From positions 30,070,001 to 30,134,000 of the forward strand of contig CM022672.1 of NCBI GenBank assembly GCA_012295275.1: DNA of 64,000 nucleotides. The letters run 5' to 3'. The notes under the pieces were generated by a model. It was not told the DNA's origin, did no database searches, and saw only the letters and a list, made by a program, of their open reading frames with translations. This DNA comes from Chrysomallon squamiferum. Lineage: Eukaryota > Animalia > Mollusca. Below are positions 48,803 to 63,892 of the stretch, one piece after another (positions within the stretch are counted from its first letter, which is position 1; each line of letters opens with the position of its first letter). The position numbers and the translations under genes are program-made.

Positions 48803-49921
48803 ACACACACACACACACACACACACACACTTTGAGACCAGCAAATTTCCAAGAAAATGAAACAAAGAAATATTTCGCGAAATATTGCTAGTTAAACTTG
48901 TTAAACAGTAACTTGTAAAACATACAGATTTCGTTTACTTCAAAATGGAAATTGCGCGAAATTTAATGGCGGGGACTATCCCATGAAATCGCTTGACACG
49001 TGCAGGTCGCAATGCTGCGAGAAATGTACTAACGTGTCCGTTTCTGAGGTTTTGGAATGTAAGGATAGTTTTAACCCTTAACCTGCTGGTTAAATAAAAG
49101 CTGTCAGTGTCTACCAATATACAAATGACCCAGTATTGATAAACCTAGACACAGATCAACCAGTTTAAATGCTGCTTGCCCATTGGAAAGTGGGTAACTC
49201 ACATTTTTGTTATTTCTGATACTCGGTCACGAATATGCATACACGCGCACACACGCAGACATGTAACCATTTTTGCGCCCATACATAAAATGTGTGCGAT
49301 ATTACGACGCGGTTTCGTTTTTATACAGTTATTATATCCTATTGTACCTCGAAGCCGATTTTATAATTTGATTTTAAATTAAATAAATCGTAAATATTTA
49401 AGTAAACAAATTTAAGAAAACAAATAATAATAAGAATAATAATAATAATAATATTTTTTTTTTTTTTTTAAATAAAGTAAACTAAAAACAAATAAAAAAT
49501 TCAATAACTTTCCCAATCGTACATTAACCTTTTGTTTTCCTTTCTGACATTATTATGACGTCATGCAATTGTTACGTCATATTGGGAAAAATTCGCAATG
49601 AGTTTATTCAGAAGACTTGTCAAGGCAAGTATTTTACTATTTACAGTTCATACAGATAAATATTTCACAAACAGTATTATTACTTTACATACAGTTATAT
49701 GCCATTCTGGTTGTATTCATTTTAATATTTCTATTATTTATTCATTTATTATTATCATTATTATTATCATGATCATCATCATCACCATTATTATCTTTCT
49801 GGTTATCTACCTAGCTACCTACATACTTATGTATATACCTTTGTCTAGATTTAAGTATATACGTTCATCCATCTGTTTTATACCTATCTGTATGCCTCCA
49901 TGTCCTTACATCCATCTCATT

Positions 49922-50012
<91 letters not shown>

Positions 50013-50555
50013 GTCTCTTTAAATTTCAGTGTCAATTTTCTTTTTACAACTACCATTACAAAACATTTCATTGTTCATAAAAATAAACACGTCCTTCGGC
50101 TTGATGCGGAAATCACATTTTCAAAACTTTAGTTCAAAATGTAATTTTAAATAAAAACTCAACCCGTTACCATGGAAATCGTTTTAACAGAGGTTCAGAT
50201 GGTTCTTTATTGCGGTTTCCAATTGGACAATGACGAATCAATAGATTCCACGCTGTACTAAAACCAAACCAATGGAAGTTGCAAATCGGATTAAGCGTAG
50301 TAGTTGTCGGAAAGACGTTGTCCATGTTGTTCAGTTCGTCATTGTAGGTGAAACAAAGAAGAAAACACTAAATGTTCTTTATTAGAAATAATCCCAAACT
50401 TCGAATGGGATGGTTCGTTTTATTTCAATTTCGTTCACTGTGATTTATACTGCACTTGATTCACTTTGAAAAAAAAAAAAAAAAAAAAAAAAAAATTAAC
50501 TGCGTTTTAACAGTTACAGGAGGAATGTTTGAACTTTTAAAGCGTGGTATGTGAA

Positions 50556-50622
<67 letters not shown>

Positions 50623-52906
50623 AAAACAATTATGGTATGTTTCGATGGATTGTTCTGGAATAATACTTGGTCATACTTTGTTAATAGTATAGACTGTTCT
50701 TCAAAGTGTTAACAAGATTTACAAGACAAAATAACATGATATTACTATTACTTTTCCTTGTTGATGCTGCTGCAGCTGTTGTGATTATTACCGCTGCTTT
50801 TATTGTAGCTGCTGTTGTGATAAAAAATTAAAAAATTAAAAATTAAATAAAATAATGATCTGGGGATACATAAAACATACTGAGCTCAAACGTAAACAGA
50901 CACGACAAAAAGCAACGTTGTATGATATTTTAATTAATCACTTTTGATTTTCATAAATGCACCGCTGCATTTCGACCAAGTGTACGAATGTAGTGGGAGA
51001 AGTACCAGTCTGGAGTTACTGCCCTTGTTTTCTCGTTTCGTCGTATGTGCTCTCTACCGTGCCCGCTTCATTTTCAAATTCCCAATAGGCCTTCCTGTCT
51101 GGAATTCAAAGTGGCTTCTTTATTATCGAACGAAACAAGTCAACTCTTGCATGGATACAGGAAACAAAAGCCGTCTTAAATCCTCTGGTCGTGGCGAGAA
51201 CAAATCGTCGACGCGTTTCCGTGCGAAACCGATCACGTCCGAATGTCATTTGTCGGCCAGTGTCGATAGATCAGATTCGTCGGCATTGTCCGGTGTGTGA
51301 GGTTGTCGTGATCAAGTCGAGATCTTTTCTATTCCCAGCGAACGCGTCAACATGCTGGAGTATTTCACTACTTTCGATCGCTTTGTCTTCTAGACGCTGT
51401 TTGATTTCTGCAGTTTAGTTTTGCCAACAAGTGTTCGGCGAAAATGGAACGCATTAAATAAACAGAAAGGGGGCATAACCCCTGACGAAGAGAAGAATTT
51501 GTAGTAATCTTAATCTGCCTGTGCTGGTTAATGCCATGTTCGCAATATCGTTTTCATATCTTTGCCATAGTTTACTGGTCACTGATACTAAATGGGAGGC
51601 TACAAACTACAGATTTTCCGCTTACCTGAAATATTTATTTGTGGTATAGAATGATGATGGTGATGATGATGGTGATGATAATTTGAGTTAGAAACGGCGA
51701 AACAATGTTTTTTCTCAGAGGTTAAAGAAATGATATTTCATTTGTACCATATCTCAGTCCAAAAAAAAAGACGTTTTGGCCATTCCTTTTTTCAGACAAG
51801 GATGCCTCTGTCTGAATTTATTTATTTATTAACTTTTTGAATGTTTATTAGGTAGATTATATAAGTGGATGTTTACTTCCAGTACAAAAAGAATATCAAA
51901 TTAAAAGAAAACATTTATTGTTCTTACAATTCACACGCCTTAATCCATAGTTAACTTTCTAATTAATAATAATAGTCGTTTATTTTATATCCTTTAAACT
52001 AGACCATTTTTTATTACTCAGTTATAGCTGTATAAGGCGAGAATTGTTTCACGGTTTACTAGCAACTGGACAGTAACTGCAGTTGATATTCAGTGAGATT
52101 ATTAACCAACTACCACGACCACGGGAACAACAACAACAAAAAGAAACTTGACACTGACTGCTTGGTTTAACACTTACTTGTTTAGAATTTGAAAATTAAA
52201 TTTATATTATCATAAATTGTATTCTTAAATGACAGTGAAATTCATATTGTCATTGGGACAGATTATGGTCAGATGTACACCGTCTGTATTATCTGAGGCT
52301 GAAGTATCCCTAACCAAAACATCCTACAGTCCAAGAAAACACATACATCGGCATTTTAAAATAATAGCTATGATAGAACATGAAATGAGTATTACTGAGA
52401 CTATGGACGATCTGTTTTTGGGTGACTGCAATGTATCATTAAAAATGTTATTCTCTGAATGACAGAAATAGCCAAGTTGTTTAATGCTATGGTTTTCATA
52501 TACGTAATTATGTAACTGTGTATGTATGTTTGTATATATGAATAAATGCTTATACGTTTATATGTATGTACACATCCACCAGTAAATAAATGCCACAGAA
52601 AAGCAATTAATTTAATTATGTTGATTGCTATACCAGTGTATCTATGTGCATACATACATACATACATACACATACATATATATATGTATGTGTGTGTGTA
52701 TTTATTAATGTTATGTACGCATGTGTTTATTTGAATATATGTACTCATGTATCAATATACTTTGTATGCATGTGTGCATGTACGAATATAACAACGAATG
52801 TACTGCATATATGTATATATCTGTACGTACGAATAATCTGATGAATGAATGTAGATGTATGATGTACGAACTTACTTTTTTCTTTTCTTCCATTCATTTA
52901 TTGTGT

Positions 52907-52943
<37 letters not shown>

Positions 52944-53265
52944 TGTGTGTGTGTGTCTGTGTGTCTGTGTGCGCGCGCGCGTGTGTGTGTGTGTGTGTGA
53001 GCCACTACGCTGTGAGGTTTCTACAACAGAACAGAAGCGAGTGTGTATCTGTCACTGTCGAGTTTGTTTGGTATTTCTGGAACGTTCGCGGAGACGGGTG
53101 GTCTATGTGGACAGGGGCCGTCGTATTAAGACGCGGTGATCACTTCTCGCTGGCAGAATGTCTCTTGGTACGGAACCGTCCCAGGTGTTGTCAGTGAAAT
53201 ATTCTAGTTAGTCTGTTTGTAATCTTCGTTCTGGAATTTAACGCTGATTAGGAGTCTGAGTTGCG

Positions 53266-53354
<89 letters not shown>

Positions 53355-53357
53355 TAA

Positions 53358-53399
<42 letters not shown>

Positions 53400-55445
53400 C
53401 AATAATAATAATAATAATAATAAAATTAGACAATCTGAAATAAGAATATCAGTGTATATATTCCTTTCTTACTTTATATAGTAAACCAATTTTATTTATG
53501 TTTTTACTTATTTACTTCCTATTAATATTATGGTCGTTACTGTTATTTATTATTACTCCTAATACTTCTAGTACTACTACTACTATTATCATTATTAGTA
53601 ATAGTACTACTACTACTACTATTATAATTATTAGTAATAGTACTACTACTACTACTACTACTATTATAATTATTAGTAATACTACTACTACTACTACTAT
53701 CATTATTATTAGTACTACTACTACTTGTATCGTCGTAGTTGTCCTTTGCGATAGCCAATCATCCACATTCACGGGTGGATCTATTATGAAACTAATGAAG
53801 CTTAGTTTCAGGGCCCCTAAAAGCAGAGTCCCCAGAATTAACTTTAGTCTACATGACTTCAAAATTTTAATCAAAATCTGACATGTGGCTAAATTTTATA
53901 AAATCCATAGAAAAATATAACCATGATTACCCAGACCTCATTGCTGTTTGCAAAGGTTCCCCCCTTAACAATCTGAGTCCCCCCCGTTTAGGTCTGCTAG
54001 TCCTCAGCGTTCGGTGTCTCGTGACGTTTACTCCCCCCACACACAACCCTAACTACGTAATCCTTCAATAATTATTGCCGTCTGCGACACGGTGTGGTTA
54101 TATCCTAAAAATAAATGTATCTCGTACTCGTGGCTGTCGTCGACAGAGCTGCGGATCAAAACATCACCAGTGGCAGCGTCACTTAATCAATTTTTCTTAT
54201 ACGTGCCCATTGTTAGTGTTTTTGTTTTTTTTTTACGATTTTTTATCATTTTGTTAAGTCTGTGGCATTAAGTACAGAGTGTATTTCAATTTCAGGTCAG
54301 TTTTCATTTTTATAAGTATAAATATTGAAATATGTCAATGACGAAGATTAACGAAGTCAGAAACAACTTTGGTATACGCTTTCGGATTATTGATTTTGAG
54401 GAAAGGCACAGTTAATCACAAACACAGATTTCGAGCAGTTATTATTAAGTACAAACATCAATTACCGATTTTAAAATAATAATAACATAGTTTTATTAGT
54501 AGTAACAGTAATACTAATGATAGAAACAGTAGCTGAAATTTTAATATTAATGCTGGCAGTAGTAGGAGTAGTAGTTGTAAATAAAAAACCTACTTATTTT
54601 AACTGTATAATCTACACGATTTTAAAATAATAATAATATATATATTTATTATTAGCAACACTGATGACAGTGGTTGTTGTAGTGGTGGTGCTGGCGTGGT
54701 ATAAGTATCAACAGTTAAACATAAATAAAAACCTGTTTATTATATTAACAGTATAATCTGCACATGTATTTTTAAAGTCTGCTTTATCATATGATAAACA
54801 TAGTGAATTATAAAACGTGAACTAATAATAATAATAATAATATGTGTTGAACAATAATTCCACGTACAATAATATGACAAACGTATTTGAAAGAAAATAC
54901 TTATTCTTCATTGTTTAAAGGAATAATGTCATTACGGATCCAATTCACAGCATGCATATTTAATGTTCTTTCTTACACAAAAAAATACGTTTGATCATTT
55001 TATATATATATTTTTAGTAGCAAATGATTTCTATATTAATTGTACATAATAAAGCAAGTGACTCTGCGTTTGATAGAACAGGCATGAAAACAGACCAGAA
55101 AAAGACTAGGATTCTGTTGGAAGGAATTATTTTTCAAACCATCATGCTTAAAATAAATGTTGATCCATACGTCACACTAAATTGTCATGTAATCGCTACA
55201 ATGGACTATAACAAGATCAAATAAATTACACTGTGGGATTTATTTATTTATTTATTTATTTATAAATTGTTATTACGAGAGAGTCACATTTCGGGTTCTT
55301 TTCGTAGTATCTAGATATTATCTCACAATAACAATAACGTCACTCTAACAATGAGTATCATATCATTATTAAAATACGCATACAAACAGCTAAAACACAG
55401 GCATGCAGCAAAGTTGTTACTGATGATTGGAAGAAAAACAGAGGT

Positions 55446-56197
55446 TTAACTTTTTTCATCTTCACCACCAACTTCCAAAGTTCCGTCTAGCAGCGATGTT
55501 TTCTTTACCTTTTCACCTTTAGCTGCTAAAATCTCCTCAATGTTTCTGAAATAAAGAATATAATGAACAACAACAACAACAACAACAACAATAATAATAA
55601 TTAAAATAATATTTGAGTTAATGTGCTTGGTCTTGTGAACAAAAAACAAAAAAAACGGAATCCCGAGTTTAAAACGAATGTCTGTAACGAATGGTTATTT
55701 CGTTAATGGAATTCATTAACTGATATTAATCTATATTTTAATTCGTTTCATCAGTCTCCCACGTGATTTCATTACAGTTGTGCAAATTAATATTTTAAAT
55801 TAAGATTATTCAGCATCATAAATAATATCGCGGTTGCTGATAATACAAATAAATATAGCTGAATCTAATTATTGCAACGCGAAAGGTTATTATTATTATT
55901 ACTAATTTATTATTATTTGTTCGTGATTTCTTAAAAAGAAGACAAAAAGAAATATATTTTGACACCTAATATCTATTATTAACAGAACATGTCGATGTGT
56001 CGTTAAACAAATATTCATTCACGTGTATGAAATTATTTAAATTAATGCCATGTGGATGACATATAAACTTTGAACTATCAACAAACTGACACGTGATAAT
56101 GAGATATTTTTTCAAATAATCTTTTAACAATTACCAGACATTTTATGTATTATCTGCTTTTTATATATTGCTATAGAATAAACACAGCTGTAAGAGA

Positions 56198-56268
<71 letters not shown>

Positions 56269-56926
56269 CTTACTTTTTGCCTATGTCTTTAAACCAGCCG
56301 AGATTGTCTGCTATTAAATGATGATTTTTACATCCTTGGCACGTTACAACAACAATTCCGTGCGTGTAAGAAATTTTAGAAAACGTGTGACTGTTTTTCG
56401 AGCCGCAAACTTTACACGTGTATGAGATACACATATGCGTGCTCGGGAATTTACCAAGAATTTGTTCTCGTGTGCTTGGTGAGACAGTCTCATCCTTTTC
56501 TTCTCGTAATGATTCTTTGCAAGATGTTCCATCATTCTGTGAAGTGTTTTTGTCTTCATATTTGTTGGCGACCACATGTCCTATTCCACTTTCCGAATGA
56601 AAAAGGCGGTGCTCTACTTCCAAAGGTGATCTATCTAAATTTAATACACTAGTCGTTTTGCATAATGTTTGCTTTGAAACGTCAGAAATTGGTTTTAACA
56701 AACATGATATACGAGACGGATATGTCTGTAAGTGTCTAAAATTAACAATGTGATCAACTTTATAATTACTTACAGTCAAATTCTGAAATTTACTGAATTT
56801 TAAACAGGATTTCATTGAACGTAAATCGCTTATTAATTTCTGGTTATTCAAATGCCTCACATCTGCGGGACATTCTGATTTCAATAACGAATTAATAATC
56901 TTTCGTAAACTGTTACCACGATACAT
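55446..56926 (-). CDS. DNLZ: DNL-type zinc finger protein (mitochondrial Hsp70 escort, Zim17/Hep1 family), about 250 aa; exons 56274-56926 and 55446-55545
   Basis: zf-DNL motif YTCKVCGSKNSHTFSKISYTHGIVVVTCQGCKNHHLIADNLGWF, spliced (AA|GTAAGT ... TTTCAG|A) to NIEEILAAKGEKV. Basic N-terminus compatible with mitochondrial import. Confidence 0.93.
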
Positions 56927-57555
56927 TTCTGATGTAACAACCTTCAAAACACTGTCAAAAGCCGAACACGGAAGAAAACAAACGCACGTGCTACATTTGT
57001 TTAAAAATATTTCCGTTCATGCGCAAAACAAATATCTATTCTACTTGTTACTCGACTACCTATTATTGGCATAAGGATGTTTCGAAAAATTACGCAGAAT
57101 AACAAATGATTTTTTTTTTATTGTTTATTGTTTATTGTTATTGTTTATTTTTAATTACAATATTAGTTAATGAATCTGTTGTTATTTTAGCCTATATAAC
57201 ATGGAGAAAAATATATTCAATATAATGCATTATTTGCATTCTTTAAATACTATGCCGCATATATATATATATATATATAAACATTTTTTTTTTTTAATTT
57301 TGTTTACTTTATCCAAAAATATATTAATCTTAAAATATATTAATCTTAAAATATATTAATCTACTATTAATATTAAAATTTTTCCAGTAGTTATTAAACA
57401 AATGTTCATTTATTTGGTTTTTAAATACGTTTCCACTAGTTGGTTAGAGTATATTTTCTATTATAATTATAAACCTTTCGCGAATAATTGTTACGCTTCG
57501 TTATTTAAGAAAAAAGTGTCGCATATGACAGAGAGTCAGTCTGATTTGCAGAACC
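56927..57555. promoter_or_regulatory. Putative bidirectional promoter region between DNLZ and COQ4
   Basis: Divergent start codons about 630 bp apart. Function is inferred from geometry only. Confidence 0.6.
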
Positions 57556-60500
57556 ATGGCATCGTGTCTCGCAGTAAGCAGACGTTCTTTGATTAGTTAC
57601 AGCATTTATTCTGTTTTGAGACGATCATCACAGAGATTATCTCTTTTAAAACGAAGTCCAGTTCGTTTTGCATCAGTGGCAAGTCAAGGTTGACATTTAT
57701 ACATTATGACATTGTTACAATAATTTCTTAAAGTCAACAGTTAAAAGCAGAGCTAGTAGTCAGAGATCATCCTTTTATTTAGTTTTCTCTGTTATGAATA
57801 TGTCAGTACCTGTCACCGGCTCACTTTTAGTATGTGTCTCAATTTCAGTGTCAAATTAAAGATAGACCGATAGCGATAGCTTCTTTGCAACTTCATTTAA
57901 ATAACACTTTTTTCTTATTATTTTTTTAAAAAGTTAATTAAAATTGTTTAATGTATATGATATGCATCCTAAAAATCAAAGCAGTAGAGAATATGAATAA
58001 ATGAATATTTTGTTTGTCTGAAACAGAACAAGAAGAATCTGATCATGCAGAGAGACCTGAGAGAGAACGACCTCAGAGTATGTACCCAGGACACGTACCT
58101 ACGACACTGTTACAGAAAACTCTGCTTGCTGTGGGATCAGCTGGAATGGCTCTGTACAACCCAGCAAGAGATGGTAAGATATTTATTAAATTATCATATC
58201 TCTCATCAAATGTGTTCAACATGCATTCAGCAAAAGTTAAATAATAAAATTATATTAGAACAATAGAAAATGATATTAGAACAACACCTAAAATGTTATA
58301 TTAATATTATTATCAGATAATCATAACGTCATAAAAACAAATATAAACCTTTTATGAAGAGTAGGAAATATAAATGGAAATTTATGAGTGTTATCATCAT
58401 CTGATATTTTATTATCATTCATTATTTGACAGCACAAACAATATCAAAATATCAGTACATTATTTTTTATAAATTACACTATATGTTTAACAATAATGTT
58501 TATCATATTATTACTGAATTGTATTATTATTTGAACTAGCATGTATTTACCTTCAACACTTTATTTTTGTTCCATTTGTTCCTTTCTGTCAATTCTAATA
58601 CATATGTTGTACACATATAAAAATGACTTTTTTACAGTAATACTGTATGGGATGCTATGGTGTTATGCACGTTTTTTCTGATTAAAATATTGTTTCAGTA
58701 CAAAATTAAAATGTGTTTTAATTTAATTGCATGCAATATTACTACATTATTACTGTATTAATGAGTAAGAGTGTCTTCAAAGTGTTTGGGGATATATACA
58801 TAATGACGTTTTAAAATGCATCCAAATTGATCCCAGCAGATAATCACATAAAATTTTATAATATAAATGGAAATTTTTGCTGATAATTATTATTATTATT
58901 AGAAAATGTCACATTCTTTTTCTTATCATTTATTAATTTGAACATTTTTATTAATTTAATTCTCATTTCTTCAAACTGGATATATACATGAAAGAAATCA
59001 AGTGATCCCAGCAGCACTCTCTTTGGAATCTTTTGATCTGTTTTCGTCCCCAGATCCCTTTGGAATTTTGATTCCCCATCCCAATCTGTATTTATACTTT
59101 TTTTACAAATTCAAATACATTTTTTTTCCCTATTTATCTGATGATATGTAAAAAAGATCCTGCTTTTTTCCTTTCTATTGTTTTTTTTTTTTTTTTTATT
59201 TGTTCCACCATCCCAAATAATCATATTATTTAATTATTAAAATGTTAATATTCATTCATGATCAGATGTTTCTACAAACATTCATTTTAGTTCATTGTCG
59301 ACTTGTTTTCAGACATGATCTCTGTGCTAGGGGAGACAACAAGTTATTTTGCTTTACGCTGGATGAGGGAGAAGATGATGAATGATCCTGTAGGAAGACA
59401 GATTTTAGAGTGAGACTTTTTTATACTAACTGTTTCTCTGACAACAATCTCTAGTGCACAACAGCAAATAGAATTAGGTTATATATATCAACATACATAA
59501 AAAAAAAAGTCTGTTCATTTATATAAATAAATAATTCACCAGTTCTTAACTTTGGCAGTAGCACCCAACATTATGAGAACACAGAGTTCATAAAAGCTCT
59601 ATATAATATAAATACCTGTAACTACTCTGTAATTCTTCATCCTTCAGTCAGAATGTAACACCTATCCTAGACATCCATTAAAAATTATTTAAAATAAGGC
59701 ACAGAAATAGTTAAGAACCTGAGATGTAGATTTAGACAAAGTGATAGAGGATGTTAATTCATGCTGTTTTGTTCCAAATTTATTTTATTTATTTTTTATT
59801 TCTTAGTCCTTTCACTTATCTCTTCACAACATTAGTTATTCAGGCAACAAACAGGGTTTCCAGCCAGTTTCCACCATTCTTTAATATTTTATTTTTAATT
59901 ATAATTTTTTTTTAATTTGTTCTCAGCTACCCTCAGCAATCTTACTTATTACTTTTACTTGTTAACAACAACAGATTTTTTCCTTTGTTAATAAGGTTTC
60001 ATACTCATATATAACAAGTCTGTATCTACTTAGTTTCATTTTATTTTTATTTATTTTCTCTTGTGGTATATTTCAAAATGAAATGAAAAATTACAAAAAT
60101 GTGCACTGAATCACTGAATGTATGTAATATGCAAATATTGAAGCCACACCTCACAAGTACAGAGAGACTGGTCAACATTAACCCATGCCCAGCATTAAAC
60201 TTCCAGGAAAAAGAGTAAAACACAAAATATTCAAACAAGTAACACTTTATTCTTTTTATAAAAAATAGGAAAAAAAGATTCATTTCTATATACGCTGCTT
60301 AGAACTTTCAACAAAGTGGAGCTTAATTTCTGACATAAGAAAGACTGGACAAAAGCCCTTTAAATAATATTCTTATAATATTATAATGTTAATTGGTTAT
60401 TCAGTGTACCTGTGTTAATCCTCTAAAACACTCTGTAAAATGCTGCAGTATGAAAGGTTTGTTTTTTGTTTGCAGAGACAGACCAGAGATTAACACGAGG

Positions 60501-62370
60501 ACCGTATCAATACCAGAGCTGGGCAAACTGCCAGAGGGAACGTTTGGCAAAGAATACTGGAAATTTCTTACTACAAATGTAAGTTTCAAATTCCAGATGC
60601 CGGTTTAGATGTAATGCATACACACACACACACAGACACATAAATGCACGTGCAAACATCTTTCCATTTCTGTGTGTGTGTCCATATCTTGCTTGCTGTC
60701 AAAAATACATCCTGATGTCTCTCTCTCACATGAGGCAATAAATTCTAATAGAACTGAACAAAGATCAAAAAAAATACAACCTGTAAATATGTTTCATCAG
60801 TGTAACGTGTTAGATTCCAAAATATATTGCATGAATTGTGATTGAATGAATTAGTTCAGATTGTTTTGTTTAAAATTATTACTAGACTCCATCATTTATA
60901 ATTTTGTATATGTCATTAGCTTTTGAATTCAAATAGTAAAATACATGTCAAAAAGAATCTTTAAGTAGAAACTTAAATTCTTTTCTATAGAGTAAAACCT
61001 GTATCATACCACTGACAAAGTAGATTGGATTTTGAAAGTGTGTTTACTAGAATGTTGAATAATTAAACAGTATATTTAGGTAAAATTTGACATTGGATTT
61101 CTTTTTCCATATATCACATTACTAAATGTCCATTGACAACACCTACAGATGGGAGTTTCTGAAACTGATAAAACTAAAAAACATAAACAAAGCAATGAAT
61201 ATGTAAATTACTTACATTTGTTACAACAGCTGATAAATATGTAATAGGAGCCACTATCACTGTACTCTTTCAGTAATTATTTATTTCACAGGGTTTCACT
61301 CCAGACGCTCGCATGGCTGTGAGATTCGTAGACGATGCGGATCTCATGTACGTCATGCTGAGGTACCGACAAGTTCACGACCTCCTGCACACTCTGCTGG
61401 GCATGCCCACCAACATGCTGGGTGAGATCGTCGTCAAGTGGGTGGAGGCCCTGCAGACAGGTTTGCCCATGTGTGCTCTGGGTGCTCTAGGTGGACCCAT
61501 ACGACTTGGTCCTGTGTGAGTCTGCTTTCTTACATACAAGGTTGATTATTCTGTACAGGTTGAATTTCCCAAACTTGCCATCATTGAGGTCACTGCCATG
61601 CTGACTAATGGAATTTGCTAATTTTGTGATGTTAATATACTTTACATATAAACTGGATAATATGTACTACACCAGACAGACAACAGAGTTTATGTACCAA
61701 TGTTTCAATAAATCTAACCTCCTCAAGAGATCTAATTTTTTTTTCTACTACACTCACAATTTTATTCTTCTATTTCTTCACATTGCCACTAGAGGGTTAT
61801 CCTGGGTGTTAGGGGAGCATATAGCTACTGTAAAATGGTATAACAATCTCTGCAGATGTCAAAAACCAAGCATATGTATTCTGTAATACTGGCCTGAAGG
61901 TAAGAATGTGGTGCTTGCAATGCCTAGTTATGATGCAGACCAGCAAAGTAATGCCAGACAGTGGTGGGACTTCTGTAGAGAATTGGAATTACTCTGTTCT
62001 GGGATATTCCTGGTTTTGTTATATCAACTTTGGGAAGTTCAGCCAGTATTTCAATCATCAGGATATTAACTGAAACTTTAAACTTAAAAAATAATTTTAA
62101 ACCATCTAGGTTTTCAAATAATATATACTTACATACTTCTAAATTAAATTAATGTTTTTATGTTACTTCTTTATTTGCAGCCACAGACAACAGTATATCA
62201 ACATTTACCTACCATGGGCTATCAAAACTGGCTACAATGCAAAGTTCCTGATGGCTGTGTACTTTGAAAAACACTGGGAACAGAACCTGGAAGAATTTCA
62301 GCGTGAACTGAACATCACACCTCCCCCTAGACCCATCAAGAAAACTGGCAAACGAACACTCACACCATAG
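57556..62370 (+). CDS. COQ4: Ubiquinone biosynthesis protein COQ4, mitochondrial, about 297 aa; exons 57556-57688, 58027-58173, 59313-59409, 60476-60578, 61292-61515, 62181-62370
   Basis: Motifs [85 protein letters not shown] (HDxxH-x11-E metal motif), [12 protein letters not shown] junctions are phase-consistent (894 nt). Exon 1 is an Arg/Ser-rich presequence with a weaker donor (G|GTTGAC). Confidence 0.95.
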
Positions 62371-62464
62371 TTTTTAAAACATCATTTAAATAATTTGTGA
62401 TAAAACATAAATAAAATTTCACATTGGTAACAGAAAAGAAGTTATCTGATATCAACAATGAAAG

Positions 62465-62730
62465 ATGATTAGAAAAAAAGAAAAGATTTCAACAAAATAA
62501 AATGTGTTAAAGTTAAAAGAAGAAACGAAATCCATTTCTCCTGTAGTAAAAGTGAAATTGGTGAAATTTCCTATTAGTAATAGAACATTTTTTTAACTGA
62601 TACCAGCACTGAAGGATGGTTAGAAAGAGAAAAAATTATATTTCAACAAAATAACAAAATAAAATATGTTAAAGTTAAAAGAAGAAATGAAATCCCAATA
62701 TTCTGTGGAAAATTAAAAATAGGTGAAAGG
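62465..62730. repeat. Degenerate direct duplication (about 100-bp unit) in the COQ4 3' region
   Basis: TTTCAACAAAATAAAAT.TGTTAAAGTTAAAAGAAGAAA.GAAATCC occurs near 62490 and again near 62640. Confidence 0.7.
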
Positions 62731-63861
62731 TTGGAAAGTTAAAGGGGTCAAACCTGAATTCAGTTTCTGCTGTATAAGTCATGCAGGGATATTTATTGTT
62801 TTTTTACAAAGGATTGTTCTACATATTTAACAGGCTTGCATATGCATATGTGTATTTTTGTGTGTATGTGTACACATGTATGTTTTGGTTATTCCAAATC
62901 TAAAGAAAATGTCCTGAAAAAGTTATAAGTTCAGAACTGAAGGTACTGGAAAAGAAAAGAAAAGGTGTTTTATTTTGTTCAGTCTGTGTTCTCATTGGTT
63001 AATATACATAATATTTAAGTGTGTGTGTGTGTGTGTTTTTCCTGTAATAAATTGTATGATGTAGTGTGTGTGTGAAAGAATTCATAGAAAGAACATTTCC
63101 TGTAATAAATATTGTAGTGCAAGTGTATGTATGTGTACACTAATACATTAAACTGTTAGTGTTGTTTGTTGGTTATTTTCTTTTTAAGAATTCTCTAAGT
63201 TTCATTTTCGTCTGCAGTATATCATTTCAGAAAAATATTTATCTACCATTACACTGTTGTTTAGCACATGTTTTCAGTCACATTGTGCTATTGACAATGT
63301 ATAATGTGTTGTTATAAATGTAAAATAAGTACATTTTGTATTTTTAAAAAGTCATGATATTTTTATTTTTCATTATTTTTTGTTTTGTTTTCCTTTTTAA
63401 ATTCCATAGTAAAATGTACTGCAATATTAAAACAAAAGGAAATAAATTTTTACCCAAGAAAACTATTTACTATTTAGTTTAGTTATTATTTTTAATCTAA
63501 GTTTCTATTTATTGTTATTGTTTTGCACAGAATGTGCTGCTACAGTACTGTCTAATAAAGGAGTCTGTTGTTTTATATTTTATTTTTTCTACTTTTATTT
63601 TATTATTTTTTTAATTTATATATTATTGTTGTTGTTGTTAGTATTATTATAAGTATATAGGTGTGTATCAAGAAAAGCAAACAAATCGGCATTAAACCAA
63701 AACACGTTCCTAAAAAAGTAATAATAAACAAATACAAATTTTAAAATTATACTAAAACAAAAATGGTATCTATTCCCATCTCTGTATTTTACTGGAAGAG
63801 TGTGAGCTTTTTTTTTTTTTCAAGGAATATTTCGATTTAAGAACAAAATTCTTCTTGTCAG

Positions 63862-63892
<31 letters not shown>

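Noticed and set aside
53770-54000. Possible MITE remnant (GGGTGGATCT...AAGCTT...GGGCCCC)
   Set aside because: No matching terminal inverted repeat or TSD could be established.
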